From contig OZ024745.1 of NCBI GenBank assembly GCA_964016885.1, positions 123,628,001-123,692,000 of the forward strand: a DNA stretch of 64,000 bases, given 5' to 3'. Of the stretch, positions 39,352 to 53,650 are shown one piece after another (position 1 is the stretch's first letter; the number at the start of each line of letters is the position of its first letter). The DNA is from Eledone cirrhosa. Its lineage: Eukaryota. The position numbers and the translations under genes are program-made. The notes beneath the pieces were generated by a model. That model was not told the DNA's origin. It did not search any database and saw only the letters and a program-made list of their open reading frames with translations.

Positions 39352-39480
39352 TGAAGGCACAGGATTTAGTGGTGAGAGAATTGGATTCACAATTGTAAGG
39401 TTGCGAGTTTAATTCCCGGACCAGGCGATGCACTATGTCTTTGAGCAAGATACTATATATCATGTTGCCCTTTCTGTCAG
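39352..39480 (+). mobile_element. tRNA/CORE-like SINE 5' fragment
   Basis: TGAAGGCACAGGATTTAGTGG...GAGTTTAATTCC...TTGAGCAAGATAC. Confidence 0.65.
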
Positions 39481-39880
39481 GAGTAAGCAATGGAAATACC
39501 AATGGAAACATAGTTTCCTTTGTCCAATTTGATGAGCTCCACCCCACTCAATAACAAAATGAGGTCTAGGATCTTGTTGATTGATAAAGAAAATATTGGC
39601 AATAATGAAGAAAATCTAAAATATTTCAGTGCACACTAATTTGTTATATCCTGTACCAACTTGTAAAGTATTCTAAGATTTTTATTTGCTGCATTTTCTG
39701 TGACTGTAAGAATACAATAAAGTAGGTGCCCTGTTTATTTTATAGTTTTTAGAGTGGCTGCTGAAAAAATGGGCATCCACTTGTAAAAATAACTGTTCCA
39801 AATAAAAACAAACTATCCCACCCACACTAGTCCAGTAAACACATTTAAATAGTCAGAGCAAAAGAGTTTATCACAATTAA

Positions 39881-40096
39881 CCTTTTAGCATTTACATTAC
39901 TCTATATTTACTATTGTATTTTCATGGTAAAGGCTTTATCTCACATAATTATCTCACAATATCGAATCTATGAGATTTTGATATTTACTTTGAGAACAAT
40001 ACCTTAATATCAGTATGAGTAACAAGTTACAACCAGTTTGAACAGAAAGAGGTGACAGAATTCTGGCTGGGTACAGCCGGTTTAAATGCTAAAAGG
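39881..40096. mobile_element. piggyBac-like MITE family A
   Basis: TTAA|CCTTTTAGCATTTA ... TAAATGCTAAAAGG|TTAA. Confidence 0.9.
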
Positions 40097-40251
40097 TTAA
40101 ATAGTGAGGGCAAAAAAATATGACATTTATTGGAAGCTTCAGATTTATAGCAGATAAAAAAATATTATTGTAATATTTATACATTAATTTTCTTAATGCA
40201 TTAACTCAAAGCATAAAGTAACATTGCAAAGAACATATATATATATATACA

Positions 40252-40612
40252 CAGTGTCCTCCCTGATTTTGAGATCCCGGTTATTCGTGGAATTTTCCTT
40301 AGAACCTAACTAATAATTATTTGTAGAAACCACTGCATATTCGTGGAATCATAAATATCTTCCTCAATTTTTTATGGCTTTTTTTTGTAGCAATATATAT
40401 ATTTTTTAATGCTAAATTATTAATAACAATATATCATATTTGCCCAGTCTATTGGATACCTCTTTGCATAAGACGCTCCCCTTTTTTTTTATAGTTTATA
40501 TTATATTTCGATGTTTATAGGCATCTTTTTATGGACCACATCCAATATTCATGGTTTTTCACTCTTTTTCACTCTAGGAATGTTACCCCTATGAATACCA
40601 GGGGGTCAACTG
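40252..40612. mobile_element. Tigger/pogo-like MITE
   Basis: CAGT start; GGGGGTCAACTG|TA end; second copy at 32.6-32.9 kb. Confidence 0.7.
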
Positions 40613-42606
40613 TATATACTTGTAAAAAATATTCAATTTGAAATTCTGCTTGTTATTGATGTGTTGCCTAACTTAGCCCTGACCTGACCAAACAGTTGTA
40701 TGACATAAATGAGGCCAGTAGAACAAGGAAGCCTTTATAAGGTTATATAGCCTGAAAAACATTTCTGGCAAATACTTTTCAAATGCTATCTTATCATTTT
40801 TAAAAATAGTTAAATATGCGGGATAAAATATTGTGGAACTTGAAATTGAATGGAAGTTTCGTTTGGGATCTAAGATTTGGTATATACAAAACACTGCTTG
40901 GAGAACATAAATTGAAGGCAAAAACCTGGAGCACAAGAATAGTGGAAAAGTGTTCTGAAAACAGAAGTTATTTGCATTCTTGACATATATAGCAATTTTA
41001 TAAAGAATCCTGCCTGTAGGCAAAATCATAAGAGGTATATTCTGATAAAGAGACAATAATCTCTGAAATACATAAAAGATAATTTCTCATGTTTTTCTCC
41101 TTAAAAGCGGGAATAATCAAATGTGTGTTGCTACGTTCTTCTTTTCCCAGCAAGGCTTCTAATTAAAAAAAAAAAAAAACTGTACTTATATGTATATTAT
41201 ATTCTTTTGATAATTTAATGCATTATTTTTACATCACCAAGGGAATGAATATCATGCAAATTATTTTTCTTTACATACATAATGATGCTCTAAAGAACTA
41301 CTTGGTAGACAGAAGAAAAAGGGTAGTTATCTTCAAATGAGGAGCCAATCGTCTCTGAAATGCATAAAGATAAGCTTATGTTGTCTGTGTACAGAGGGAG
41401 TAGTAGAAAGGGTCTTTACACTTCCTTCTCTTCAAAAGAAATTATATTTTCATGATAGAGGATAATATTACAAGTTTGTTAAAATATGATACATATTGCA
41501 ATCATTATTTAGGAGAACCATAAAGCTGTTCTTTTATAATATCATGTCAGATAAATGTTAATTATAATTATTTGTCTTGTCTGACACAAGAATTTCTTCT
41601 TAATCATTTCTGAAAAGAATTAATAGGTCAATATTATAGGATTCCAATAAACTAGTAAGCCACCAAATAACTCATCAATGATACACTTTAAGCCGACAAT
41701 GTACTCTGGCCTTTGTCTTGCTTTTAGAACTTGACAGGCTTAATAGGGTTAAATTGTACTGTTTGGCTAGCTTGCCACAAACTTTCCCAATGTTTTCCAC
41801 AATGTTCTGGAAATTAGAAACTTTATTATGGTGTGATGGTGTTTGTAGGGATAAAGGATACTCTGAATAAATCATTCATTGTGAAACTTAGTGGAAGATA
41901 TTTTATTGATTTCTCACTTTGATGGATATGAATTTTCATATCCATCACAAGTAAATATCAGTTTTTATCACGATGATATTTGTAAGAGGAACATTCACCT
42001 TTGCGTTGACATTGTACCATGATAGCATATATTTGAACTTCTCTTCTCTGGTTTTTCTGGTTTATATTACAAGAACGTTCTTGAATTATTTACTTCAAGC
42101 CTTTGTTAGGGTGCCAAGTAACTGATTAGAGTTCCATTATTTTCTTTAGTAATTAATTAAGAATGAGTTTGTAGAAATCAGATTGAAAATAAAGGCAATT
42201 ATTGAACACTGATAAAAGTTGCTAGATTTTCAAGGAAAGTTGTTGCAATGATAAAAGTGTAAGGATGGGTTTGATGTCACTTTAATTTCTTACATAGTCT
42301 AGATCATTAAGCAGGCACATGTAATCCAAATGATTAGAGAAAGAGTTCCAGTATTACCAACATTTTTGTAGAGGGATGAAACTTAAATAGCTCTTCCAAT
42401 TTATGGATTAGGAACAAAGTGGAACTTATTCAATCTACAGAACCATTTTTGTTGTCAAACAAAGATTTCCAGAGCTCCAACCCCATTTCAGTTGCTTGTA
42501 TCCAGGATCCTATTCTTTCAATCATTACCCAAGATCATAACCATAGATAAAGCTTGGCACGAATAATGAATTGAAGATAGCAAGTTTGGTTTTTACACTT
42601 CCTTAA

Positions 42607-42813
42607 CTCTTGAGCCTAAAACTGGCCATATCTGGCCAAAATTATCTCACCTCTCTCTGTTCAAACCAGGTGTAACTGGCCACTTGTACTGATGTTAAAG
42701 TGTTGTTTTGAAAATAAATAATATCAAAATCTCATAGATTCTATATTATGTGAGGTAAAGGCTTTACCACGAAAATACAATAGTACATACAGAGTAATAT
42801 AAATGCTAAAGGG
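42607..42813. mobile_element. piggyBac-like MITE family A followed by family B sequence
   Basis: Flanking TTAAs; TAAATGCTAAAGGG right end. Confidence 0.85.
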
Positions 42814-45800
42814 TTAAACTGCCCCTGGTTTTATGATACAAAGATGTTTGTTTTAAAATGTTTATATTTATCCAAAATCCTTCCATCATAAATTTATGTA
42901 AGAAGCTTTGATAAATTATATTCCAAACACTAGATTAATGAGAAAGTTAGAATGATTTTCATAAGAAATATAATAATTGTTTCTACTTTAGGCACAAGGC
43001 CAGCAATTACCCAGTGCATTACTGGTACTTTATTTTACTGATTTCTTTATTGATAATAATGAAAGCATCAAGGGAAATTATGCATAAATTGTTTCCTAAG
43101 GTGACATAATGACAATTAAATTTAACACAATAGTTAGATTTAGAAACCTATAGACAAGGAGATAACAATCTTCTGTTTTCATATGAAAAACTGATTATAT
43201 ATATATGACATTGGGTAGGATTGTTCTTTTATCAATTTAGTGGCTTCATTTATTTCACCTGTAGCATTGACTTGTATGGTATTTAATTAATCATGATGAC
43301 TCCAGTATTTCGTTTTGTTATTAGGTATTTAATCATTATATTTATAAAATGAATAAGTCTCCCCTTTCATGTAAAGGGATGCACACACAAACACACACAC
43401 ACATGACAGGCTTCCACACAGTCTATGTCTTCCAGTTTCCATTGATAAGGCATTTGGCAAACCAAGAGGACACTTGCTCATGATGCTTTACTGTGTAATC
43501 AAACCAGGATCCATATGGTTGAAAGGTAAACCTTTTAACCAGACAGCAATGCTTTTCTTTGTATCTGTTAGGTTTGTGTTATAAATGCAATAGACCTACA
43601 GTAATTGCAGAGGAGGTGGATGATTCTGGCTTGTAAGATTAATGTTAACTCAAAAGTAATTTGAATGTAAAATAGTTAGGAAAAATACCGGTATTGAAAC
43701 TTTGGTTAATGTACTTAATACATCAACCTCATTGAGTGCATACATAGAGAGAACAGATGATAGACTTTATGTGAAAAATGTTCAATGAATTATATCACAA
43801 ATTTGATAAGGTAGATGAAGAAAGACTTGATGGGTGAATGAAAATGTAGTTATACCTAAAAATGGAACAAAGACTAAGATGAGAGATGACATATTTCTGG
43901 CCTTTGCAGCTCATGCCACATTAGAAGTAGAAGGCATTAAATCAATGATGAAAACAAACTTCCTTGCTTAGATTAAGTGTTAACATCTATTAATGGAAAC
44001 CAACTTGTCTTATATTGAATATGTTCTTTTCAATATAGTTATTCTCCTCCCAACACAGTGACTGTTTCACTAGCAATATCTGCATGCTTATTGAAATAAT
44101 TTCCTATTTTATTAAGCTAACATTTGACCTGTTTTAAATGTAGACCAAACTATTTATCTTTAATTTTCACCCACCTTTTCATTTATAGTTGCAGTGACCT
44201 AATCTTATTATTTCGAAACTCGTCATTATTATATATAAGTAGAATTATATTATAGTGTGGTTAAAAAGTCTCCAATAGTTGGGCAGTAAAGAATGTGACT
44301 GGTTATTTGAGTGTATTGTTTCATAAAATTGGTTTTAGAATTGGATTTATTTTGATATCTCTTCATATATCTCACAGACTACTGTATATCCTATTCACCC
44401 CTGTTTTCACATAAAGAGAGGAACAGACACATTCATCACATCATGCATGTCTATAGTGATTTGGTTTGGCAAATATTGATTGAATATTGTGTAAGCTGAC
44501 CATAGACCATAGTTATTTTATTTTGCCATTCAAAGCTCATTTTGTGTTTGTTGAGCTAAACTCAACAAAGGGATATATTAATAAACAATATTCTCATCAT
44601 TTGCTACATGAAAGGAATGTCATTTTTGTTTTTGCACTCACCTTGATGTTCATTTTTTTCATGATTAGATAATGCACATTTTTTTGTGTGTCCATATGAT
44701 GTCTATCATTAGATGACTGACTTTATTATCAGCCTTTTTGAAAATAAAATGAAAGTAAAAGTAAAACATTCGTGTACATTCTCTATACTTTCTAAGTCTA
44801 TAAAGTTTTCTCTCCTGATAGAATATTAAAAAAAAAAAAGGAACAACAGCTAAATCTAAAACAAAAATAAACTGGCTTTTATCAGTGATATTTTATGTGT
44901 TAAATCTCTAAAATGGACGATAGATTGATCTGATGTCACTTTTATCAAGCTATTTATTTCATACTAAGAACAATAGAATAACATTTTTGTTCGATTATAT
45001 ATAAGGAATACATTACCAGTGAATATGTGTTGTGTGTGACTGAGAATGTGTTACTGCATACATTCTTGCACACACACTAAAAGAATAAATAAAAAAACCT
45101 TTAAAAAAAACTAACATGGCATGGGTATAAAAAAAAGTTGCATGGCCTTGTCAAAGCCATCATGTTGGAGGCATTTGCAGCAGAGAGGATGATAGGCTAG
45201 GCTGATAGAAAGAAATGGTGATAGGGTAATAGCAAAGACTGGATTGGCATGAAATTCACTACCTCTTAAAAGGAAAGGAATATAAAATTCCATTCTGTTG
45301 TTGTTTGTTGTAACAGTTTCCCCAATTATTTTTTTAGGACTTGGCCATCCCTTTTTTAGAGAATGTTTTTCATCAGAACACCTTCACATTGTAAAGTTGA
45401 TGTAAAATGATAGATTTTAATTTATCAAAAGTTTTATTTACTAGAATTTTTTCCATACACTGATGCATATGGGTATTTGTGTGTGTATATATGTGTGTGT
45501 GTGCATATGCATATATTTATATGTATGAGTATATAAATATAAACGTGCAAACACAGACAAACTTACAGAAATACACACCGACAGACATACATTCACACAT
45601 ACACACATTCATTCACAAAAACACACACACACATTTACACAAACATACACATAGTATAGTTTTCTCACCATCCCTTGCACAAATACATTCACGCATTCAG
45701 CAGGCGTAAAGAGAAAGGAGTCGTATGACTACTCCTCTCTCTTTCCGTGTTGTGACAGAATCGCAGAAATTTATATATAGAAGCATTTATTGTATAATTA

Positions 45801-46463
45801 CAGTTGACAGTTTTATGAGCAACTAGTAATTTGTATTTTTCGTTCCTTTCCTCCTCCTTCACATCTTGCTTTCAAACAATCCCTTTTAGTGCTCCTACTG
45901 AGTTTCCCAACTCCCCAAAGGGGAGGCAACACCCACTTTGGGAATCATTGCTCTAGCACATGATAATGATGTCATACATTTGTATGAGGAATAGGAAAAG
46001 AAACGTGAGTAGCTTACTTGGAAAATTCTTCTTTATTAGTGCTATTTATTCCAGTAAATCAGCATGTGGGGGAAATTTCTATAAAAGTCAAATGTGACTG
46101 CTAGCAATAGACCTCTTTTTTGATGAAAAATCTTACTTGTTGTTGAAGAAATGTTTTATTCATTTTATAATTTTACATGTTTTATCATTTTATTGTGACC
46201 TAGTGGTTATTGTGACCACATGATCATAAGGTTGTTGGTTCAATTCCTGGATCAGCAAACATTGTGTTCTTGAGCAAGACGCTTAATTTCACACCACTTC
46301 ATGATAGGACTGTTTATCAAAATAAAATCTCATCTGTAAGATTAATTATCATGAGACCTACCCCAATAATTTCTTCCTTATACACACACACATATGTGTG
46401 TGTGTTAAGTATTTCTGCAGAAAAGGTAAAGGAAAAAAGAGTGCTCTATGTATAGTACAGAGC

Positions 46464-46549
46464 TATAATTATTTCATCTGATGAACAGGCCGGACGTTTC
46501 TGTAAAGAGAGTCTAGTTTCTTGAAACGTTTGGTAATGGAATAATTATA
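46464..46549 (+). ncRNA. Type I hammerhead-like motif with long stem II
   Basis: UAUAAUUAUUUCAU-CUGAUGA-[imperfect hairpin, GUAA loop]-GAAA-C(GUUUG)G-UA|AUGGAAUAAUUAUA; 14-bp stem I. Confidence 0.62.
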
Positions 46550-47149
46550 TTGTGTTGTTTATTATGTAAATATATATATATACACATACATATATATATA
46601 TATATATATACACACACATATGCACATCACTGCCTCCCTTATAGCTTCCATATTTCAAATATAACTTTCAGATATAACTCAGTGGAAAATACTTGCTTAA
46701 GGTTCCACACAGTGAGAGTGAACCTACAACCATATGTTTCCTAAGAAAACAACTTAACCATACAGCCATATCTCTACCAATCATGTTTAACACCACACTT
46801 CTCTCATTTTTCTTATTTAGCATATATCACCTGTTCTCACATAATAAGCAAATCTGAAAGTTGTCTTTGCATAAGTCATTCCTGAATGATTCCAAAACCC
46901 AGCTGCTTTTTATAGCGCATCTTATATCTCTTGGGCATTTCTATGAACGATGAAGACGTTAATTGTTGATGAATTATTCTTAATGGCTATCACACTTATC
47001 TTACAAGATGTATGCCATAGTTTTCAATTTATAGAATTATTATCTTCATCTTGTGTTTGCAGGTGGAATCATACAAAGTGAATAAGTTCCTTTTTAACCA
47101 ATATTCCTACCACACTATATATCATTAGAAATGTATATTGTTTGCTTAT

Positions 47150-47275
47150 TATTTTACTACTACTACTATTTACTACCACTACCACCACCAGAAATACCAG
47201 CAATACTATTACTACTACCACTACCACTAATACAAGCACTACTACTGCTGCTGTTACTACTACTACTACTACTCC
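47150..47275. repeat. Degenerate (ACT/ACC)n microsatellite
   Basis: Direct reading. Confidence 0.9.
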
Positions 47276-47445
47276 ATATTATTAATTTGATTGAATCCCC
47301 CATATACTTCTGATCATAAGTTAGTACTGATATGATAACATCTCCCCATATCTTTCATTGATATTTTTCTTAGCTCAGTAAGATCTGTCTCCATATTAAC
47401 CATGATACTGTCAGGAAATGTTGAAATATGCCTATTCTTACTTAA

Positions 47446-47684
47446 TCCTTTCATTACATATTTCTAATTAACCTATGATTTTCAAATAATTTTAAAAATA
47501 CCCAATAATTTGGAGGGATTCAGTAATGTAACTAACATTTTTATTATTAAGCTGATGTTTGGAGCATAACTTAACCAATAGTCTTTCATAAAATAATGAG
47601 GGAAGGTTTTTAGATAGATATAACTACTTTAAAATAGAATGTTGTATCGTAAAAAACTATTCAGGCAGCTTTGTATTGAAAGGG
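47446..47684. mobile_element. piggyBac-like MITE family B, uninterrupted
   Basis: TTAA|TCCTTTCA ... TGAAAGGG|TTAA; contains the empty site TATTAAGCTGATGTTTG. Confidence 0.75.
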
Positions 47685-48109
47685 TTAATTAATATAGCAA
47701 GCAATAAATAAAAGAAAACATAGATGTTTTACTAAAACATTCCAAATTGTCTTGAAAATGAATTGAAATACAATGACAGTGTATCCTTGTTAGAGATATG
47801 GATCACAGAAGTGTTGATTATTATTCAAGTTTTCACTCAGTTCTAATTAAAATTCTTTTGCCTTCTAATGAATAGAAACATGTACTTGATTATATCGTGC
47901 CTCTGTTGTATGTGATTGATAATCAGGATATTAAAAGGTTTTATGTGTGTGTTAACCTGTAAATGTGTGTGTTAACCTGTAAATGTTGAGGTTGTGCATG
48001 AACCAGATCAATATTAGTAGCCAGGGAAGGGCTTAAGCCATGACAACTGCTCCTTGTAAATTGAAACAAAAGAAATTCTTAAAATTTCATCAACCAAAAA
48101 GAAAAAAAA

Positions 48110-48920
48110 GGAAAGGTGAAATTTGAACACATAGTGACATAGTGTACAGAGCCAGATTAGATACTGCAAAGCATCTTGTCTGACACTTGGACAGTCCTGT
48201 TAATCTGCTGCTCTTGTACTTTATTCATTAAACCCAAAAGAATAAAAGGTAGAGTTGAGCTTAGCTGCATTTGAACACAGCATACTACAATGAGCCAGAA
48301 AAAATACCCAGGCATTTAATCTGATGCTCTCATGTCTCTGCTAATTCACTACCTAGTTTCAAATACCACATCAGTTTGCTGTCAAACTTTTGTTGCTGCT
48401 TGCTCAACTATTTTGTCCCTTCTTTAGCACACCTCTATGTTGATATATTGAAACAATAACCATTGTTTGATTTGATAAGAAACTCTGCTATTATTTACCC
48501 CCAATAAATGAGATAGATTGGCAGTATCAGTAGATCATTTGACATAATGCTTTGCAATATTTAGTTATGACTTTCTAAGTTTTGAATTCAAATCAACTTC
48601 TTCCATCTTTCCTATGTTGATAATATAAAGTACCAGTTATGTATAATTGGCTTTACCCACCTCCTACAAATTGATGGCCTTATGCTTAAATTAGAAACCA
48701 TAAAGGGCAGTGGATTGGCAATATGGATGGAGTTTCAGACATGTTTTATGGCATATAGTTATGCTCCTTTACATTCTGAGTTCAAACCCTTCTGTTGTTA
48801 ACTTTTCCTTTCACCTTTTCTGATAAAAAAAATAAAGTACATAACTAGTATAGTGGTTGATTTAATTTGACTTTTCCCTCATCTAAATTTACTTGCTTTG
48901 TGCCTAAAGTATAAATCAAT
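48110..48920. mobile_element. Cluster of four decayed tRNA SINEs (two on -, two on +)
   Basis: TTTGAAC(A/T)C on minus copies; GATTGGCA...GA(G/A)TTCAAA...ATAAAGTAC on plus copies. Confidence 0.6.
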
Positions 48921-49376
48921 ATTTACCCTCATACCTTTGTTAAAAATATTTGTTAAGACATTCACTGTTCAGACAAGTGTATCCAGCTTATACTTTTCTT
49001 TTAATATGTAGTTAGCACTAAAGAAGTTGTTTCTTTGACAAAACAAAAGAATCTGCTCTACTCTCTACATTGCTTTCATTTGTTTGCTTCCAATTTTACA
49101 GAATGTATTGTGGCACCAACATTATTTAATCCCATTAATATAGCATAATTTATATAGCATAATGTTTCTTTAAACCAAGGAAATCATACAAAAGAGTAAT
49201 ACAAGCTAACCAACTTCAAAGTTTGTTTTACGCAACATTAAACTGTTTTTATTTCTTTAACATCATTTTAATGAGACAAACTCTTTCATTTAATTTAGAA
49301 ACTAATGAAGAATCTGATAATATTTAGTAAAAATAACAAGCTCTTTTCATTATTAAGCTTGTATGTTGTACACATA

Positions 49377-50030
49377 CTGTATGTATTTGAATATAAGCCG
49401 AGGAATGTATGACCAAAAAATTGACGGTAAAATAGAGGATGGTGTCAGCTTATATTTCAGGTTGATATTTTGACGATTTCACCAACTTCAAGTTCTATGT
49501 AAATAGGGTGCAAAAATATCTGGAGTGATTATTTCACAATGAAACAGTTTTTCCACATTCCCTATAATATCAAGAATTTTATTTATGGATTTCCTTGACA
49601 ACCTTCCCACAAAGTTATATTATTTGAACTTTTTAATACATGAATATCCCTACACATAAACGCGTACAAGCTCACACACGTATGCATTAACACACATGCA
49701 CCAACTGTTGTTTTACGTAATTATACCTTTTCTTTCAAGCTTTTGTTTTATTTTGCTCGCTCCCTCTCTTTTTCTTGCTCTGCATCTCTCCTCCTCTCTA
49801 TACTTGCTGTCTGTCCATCCCCCTAATAAAGATATTACATAGTGGATTTGTGAAACAAAAACGATACTCTAAATGTCACTTAAAACATTTTAAATATCAA
49901 AATATTAACACTTCATAAATATTTTCTATACTCAGGAGAATTTCAAAACAGCCCCGTAATGTGTTGGTTAGCTGCCTCGCCTTATAAAAAGAGTTTTAAT
50001 TTCTGCTCATTTCTCAGACATAAAATATAT
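49377..50030. mobile_element. Longer relative of the 12651-13124 mariner-type MITE, right TIR missing
   Basis: GAATATAAGCCGAGGAAT..TGACCAAAAA left end and TTAGCTG..T.G..TTATAAA...CTCATTTCTCAG subterminal block shared. Confidence 0.7.
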
Positions 50031-50540
50031 ACAGTAATTTTACAAATAAATTTTTGAATGAAATTATGGTAAATAGTTTTAGTGTAACTGTATAATTGAA
50101 GCACATGCAGTTCCAGACAGGTAACTAAAACTCTAGCAATACAAGTAATCTCTTCTCTCTTCCTCAATGTATTTTCCTATACTCTTCTCCTCTTAAGAAT
50201 ACCTCAAAGTCACAGCTATTCTGATTACAAATTATTTTGAAATTGTTTAATAGCTTAACTGGATTATTTTCTTGCTAATTTTCCTATTACTGAAGGAAAA
50301 GAAAAATGATGATAAACAGCAAAAATTAATTTCAACTATCCCAATAGATTGTATCGTTTTTCTTTGAAAAACAAAAACAAATAAAGCTGAAAAAATATAT
50401 TTAAAAACAGCATCATTTCTGTTTAGAAAGTACTACACCATCTTCACACATTATAGTAATAATCTTGTTTGCGTGACAGTAACACCATTCAAGTCTCAAG
50501 AAGAACCGAACTTTCTAACTTTTCATTTAATAAGAAATTG

Positions 50541-50880
<340 letters not shown>

Positions 50881-51419
50881 GATGATGCCTCCATGTCTGA
50901 GTTGCTGTTTGCTCATAGTTTTCGTAAAAGTTACTAGTCTTCTTCATCCAATTTTCCCTTCCATTAACTCTACTCCAGCTTTTCCATTATTTTTCAAGAA
51001 GATGGCAAATTAAAATTTCCCCACAGTTTTTCATTGATATTTTTTTTTATCAACCCAGCAAGTCATGTCTCCAAATTTATGAAGGATGCTGTGAGATGTT
51101 GAGACATATCTCCTTCTTTCTTAATAGAATACTTACATCTTGAATGCTTATAATGTAATGTGTGAACAGTAAAATAAAGAATTAGGATCTATTATGTCTT
51201 CTTTGGTATTTATATTGTCTAAATTTTGTAGACTTCCCAAAATGTTCACCTGTCTGGCATATTTAATGTGTATTGCGAACACAAATTATATACCGATGTC
51301 CATATATACATTCGTGCCTATATATGTATGTGCATATATAGCTATTTATATGTGTGAGTACAAGTATGTATGTATGAATATGTGTATGTATGTACGTACG
51401 TATGTGTATATGCATATGC

Positions 51420-51533
51420 GTGTAATTATAAAAGTAAATATACATCTGTATGAATATGTGTGTGTTTGTGTGTGTATGTACGTATGTTTATATATATGCG
51501 TGTAATTGTAAAAGTAAATAAACATCTGTATGA

Positions 51534-51580
<47 letters not shown>

Positions 51581-51660
51581 TGTAAAAGTAAATATACATC
51601 TGTATGAATATGTGTGTGTGTGTGTATGTATGTTTATATGTATATGTGTGTAATTACACA
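51420..51660. repeat. Minisatellite with core GTGTAATT(A/G)TAAAAGTAAATATACATCTGTATGAAT; another unit resumes at 52562
   Basis: Three full cores before and one after the RTE insertion. Confidence 0.85.
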
Positions 51661-51674
51661 CATATACATATAAA

Positions 51675-52161
51675 CATCAGAGAGCTTATACCACTATTAG
51701 CCGCTAGAGGGTTCTCCCTAAAAATGAAAGGCAGGTTATACGATGCCTGCATACGAACAGCAATGCTGCATGGCAGTGAGACCTGGGCATTGTGTGCAGA
51801 GGATATATGCAGACTAGAGAGGAACGAAGCTTGCATGCTCCGCTGGATATGCAATAGTAATATACGTGAACGGCAAAGCATAAACGAACTAAGGAAAAAA
51901 TTAGAAATAAGAGGGATCAGATGTTGTTTACTCGAGAGAAGGCTACGTTGGTACGGTCACGTGATGCACATGAAAGACGACAGCTGTATAACAAAGTGCA
52001 GGGCAATAAAGATAGACGGTAGCCACGGAGTAGGCAGACCCAGAAAAACCTGGGACGACATGATAAATTCCGACCTCACACGCTTACACCTCTCCAAGAC
52101 AATGTCACTGGACCGAGACCTTTGGCGGTACTCAGTAATAGAGAAGACCCGCCTTACCTAA
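51675..52161 (+). pseudogene. RTE ORF C-terminal fragment (distinct subfamily), stop-free
   Basis: RELIPLL...GRLYDACIRTAMLHGSETW...RRLRWYGHV...GRPRKTW...DRDLWR. Confidence 0.9.
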
Positions 52162-52551
52162 ATACAAAGTAAAAACCTACTACAGTCAGTAGGCATCTCT
52201 ATCAAAACACACCCCCGTCCCACCACCTCCACCCCATCCACACCGCCCCTTTCAATGTAAAGTTATGTTGGTCCCACAACATCCAGGCCGAAACAAATGA
52301 GATCGTGTAGGTGTCACGACAAAAAAACACACAGTCCACGCTGTAAATGTGGCCGTGTAGGCAACACGGTAAAAACCTCCCAGCCCCACACTGTAAATGT
52401 GGTTGGTGTTAGGAAGGGCATCCAACTGTAGAAAACCTGCCAGACAGTCCTATGCGAGCAAGACAACCACTCTTGCCTCAAGTGGGAAAACCCCCGTCCA
52501 AACCCATGCAAGCGTGGAACACGGACGCTAAACCCGATGATGATGATGATG
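52162..52551 (+). mobile_element. RTE-derived non-coding module with (GAT)n tail fused to the ORF fragment
   Basis: GGTTGGTGTTAGGAAGGGCATCC motif then AACCCATGCAAGCGTGGAACACGGACG...(GAT)n. Confidence 0.85.
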
Positions 52552-52661
52552 ACACACACACAAAAGTAAATATACATCTGTATGAATATGTGTGTGTGTG
52601 TGCCTATGTATATATGTTTCTGTGTATGCATGTAAGTATAAATGTAAATGTACATGTGTGC

Positions 52662-52726
<65 letters not shown>

Positions 52727-53514
52727 TGGGAAATCATAAACAAAACGGAATAAACCTCAACATGTGCACCTATGCTGTTTCCAGTGTATATATGTATGTA
52801 TGTGTGTGCATGCGTGTGTGCATATACACGCACGCACACACGCGCACATATACATATATACATATATTTTTTAATGTTTAGTCATAAACAATACTACTGT
52901 TCCTAATTTCATTAACACTTTACATTATTCTCAATCTCATCTACTGATTGATGTGATGGTAGTGGACTGTTGCCGCTGTTTATCTTTCTTTTTGTTCTTT
53001 GGGGTGTATTTTTTCTTCTTCTTTTTTGCATTAGCTTGCAGAGGATCATTAAAATGATGCTTTAACTGCAGAAGTCAGAATTGCCAGATTTTAAATTATT
53101 TAAGCCTTTCGATTATATTCACCTAAACCCGCTTAAAATTTGATGATATAAATATATATTATAATTCTAAAATGGCCACCATCATCACCATCATATACCA
53201 ATTTCTATGTTAATATGGATTACATGGTTTGTTCTGTTCTGAGATAAAATATAGCTGAATAACAAAGTCTTGCTTGTATGTCACATATTTCCACATGGTT
53301 TTTACAGCTGAATGCCTTCCCTAATGCGAACCATTTAGCATATTAAAATTAAAATCTTCCAACATAATTTTATATGAGAACATTTTGTAATGCTGCAAAT
53401 ACCTTCTGATAGTTAAGAATCCTGGGGAATTCTTCATCGATTAAAATTGTGTATTCATTAGATTTGTTGACAGAAAAACATTAATGAATAACTCTTATTT
53501 ACCTTCATTGAGTG

Positions 53515-53650
53515 TTTGTATCTACATGTGTGTTGTATCTACATGTACAATTTTGGTTTGTATCTACATGTGTGTTGTATCTACATGTTAAATTTTGGTT
53601 TGTATCTACATGTGTGTTGTATCTACATGTAAAATTTTGGTTTGTATCTT
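53515..53650. repeat. 42-bp tandem repeat x3
   Basis: TTTGTATCTACATGTGTGTTGTATCTACATGT..AATTTTGG. Confidence 0.93.

Noticed and set aside
40673-42600. Higher-complexity stretch and 127-aa minus ORF as gene or old transposon
   Set aside because: No recognisable protein motif; possibly ancient TE debris but unsupported
47064-47090. Possible acceptor TTTGCAG and terminal exon
   Set aside because: No supporting reading frame or homology
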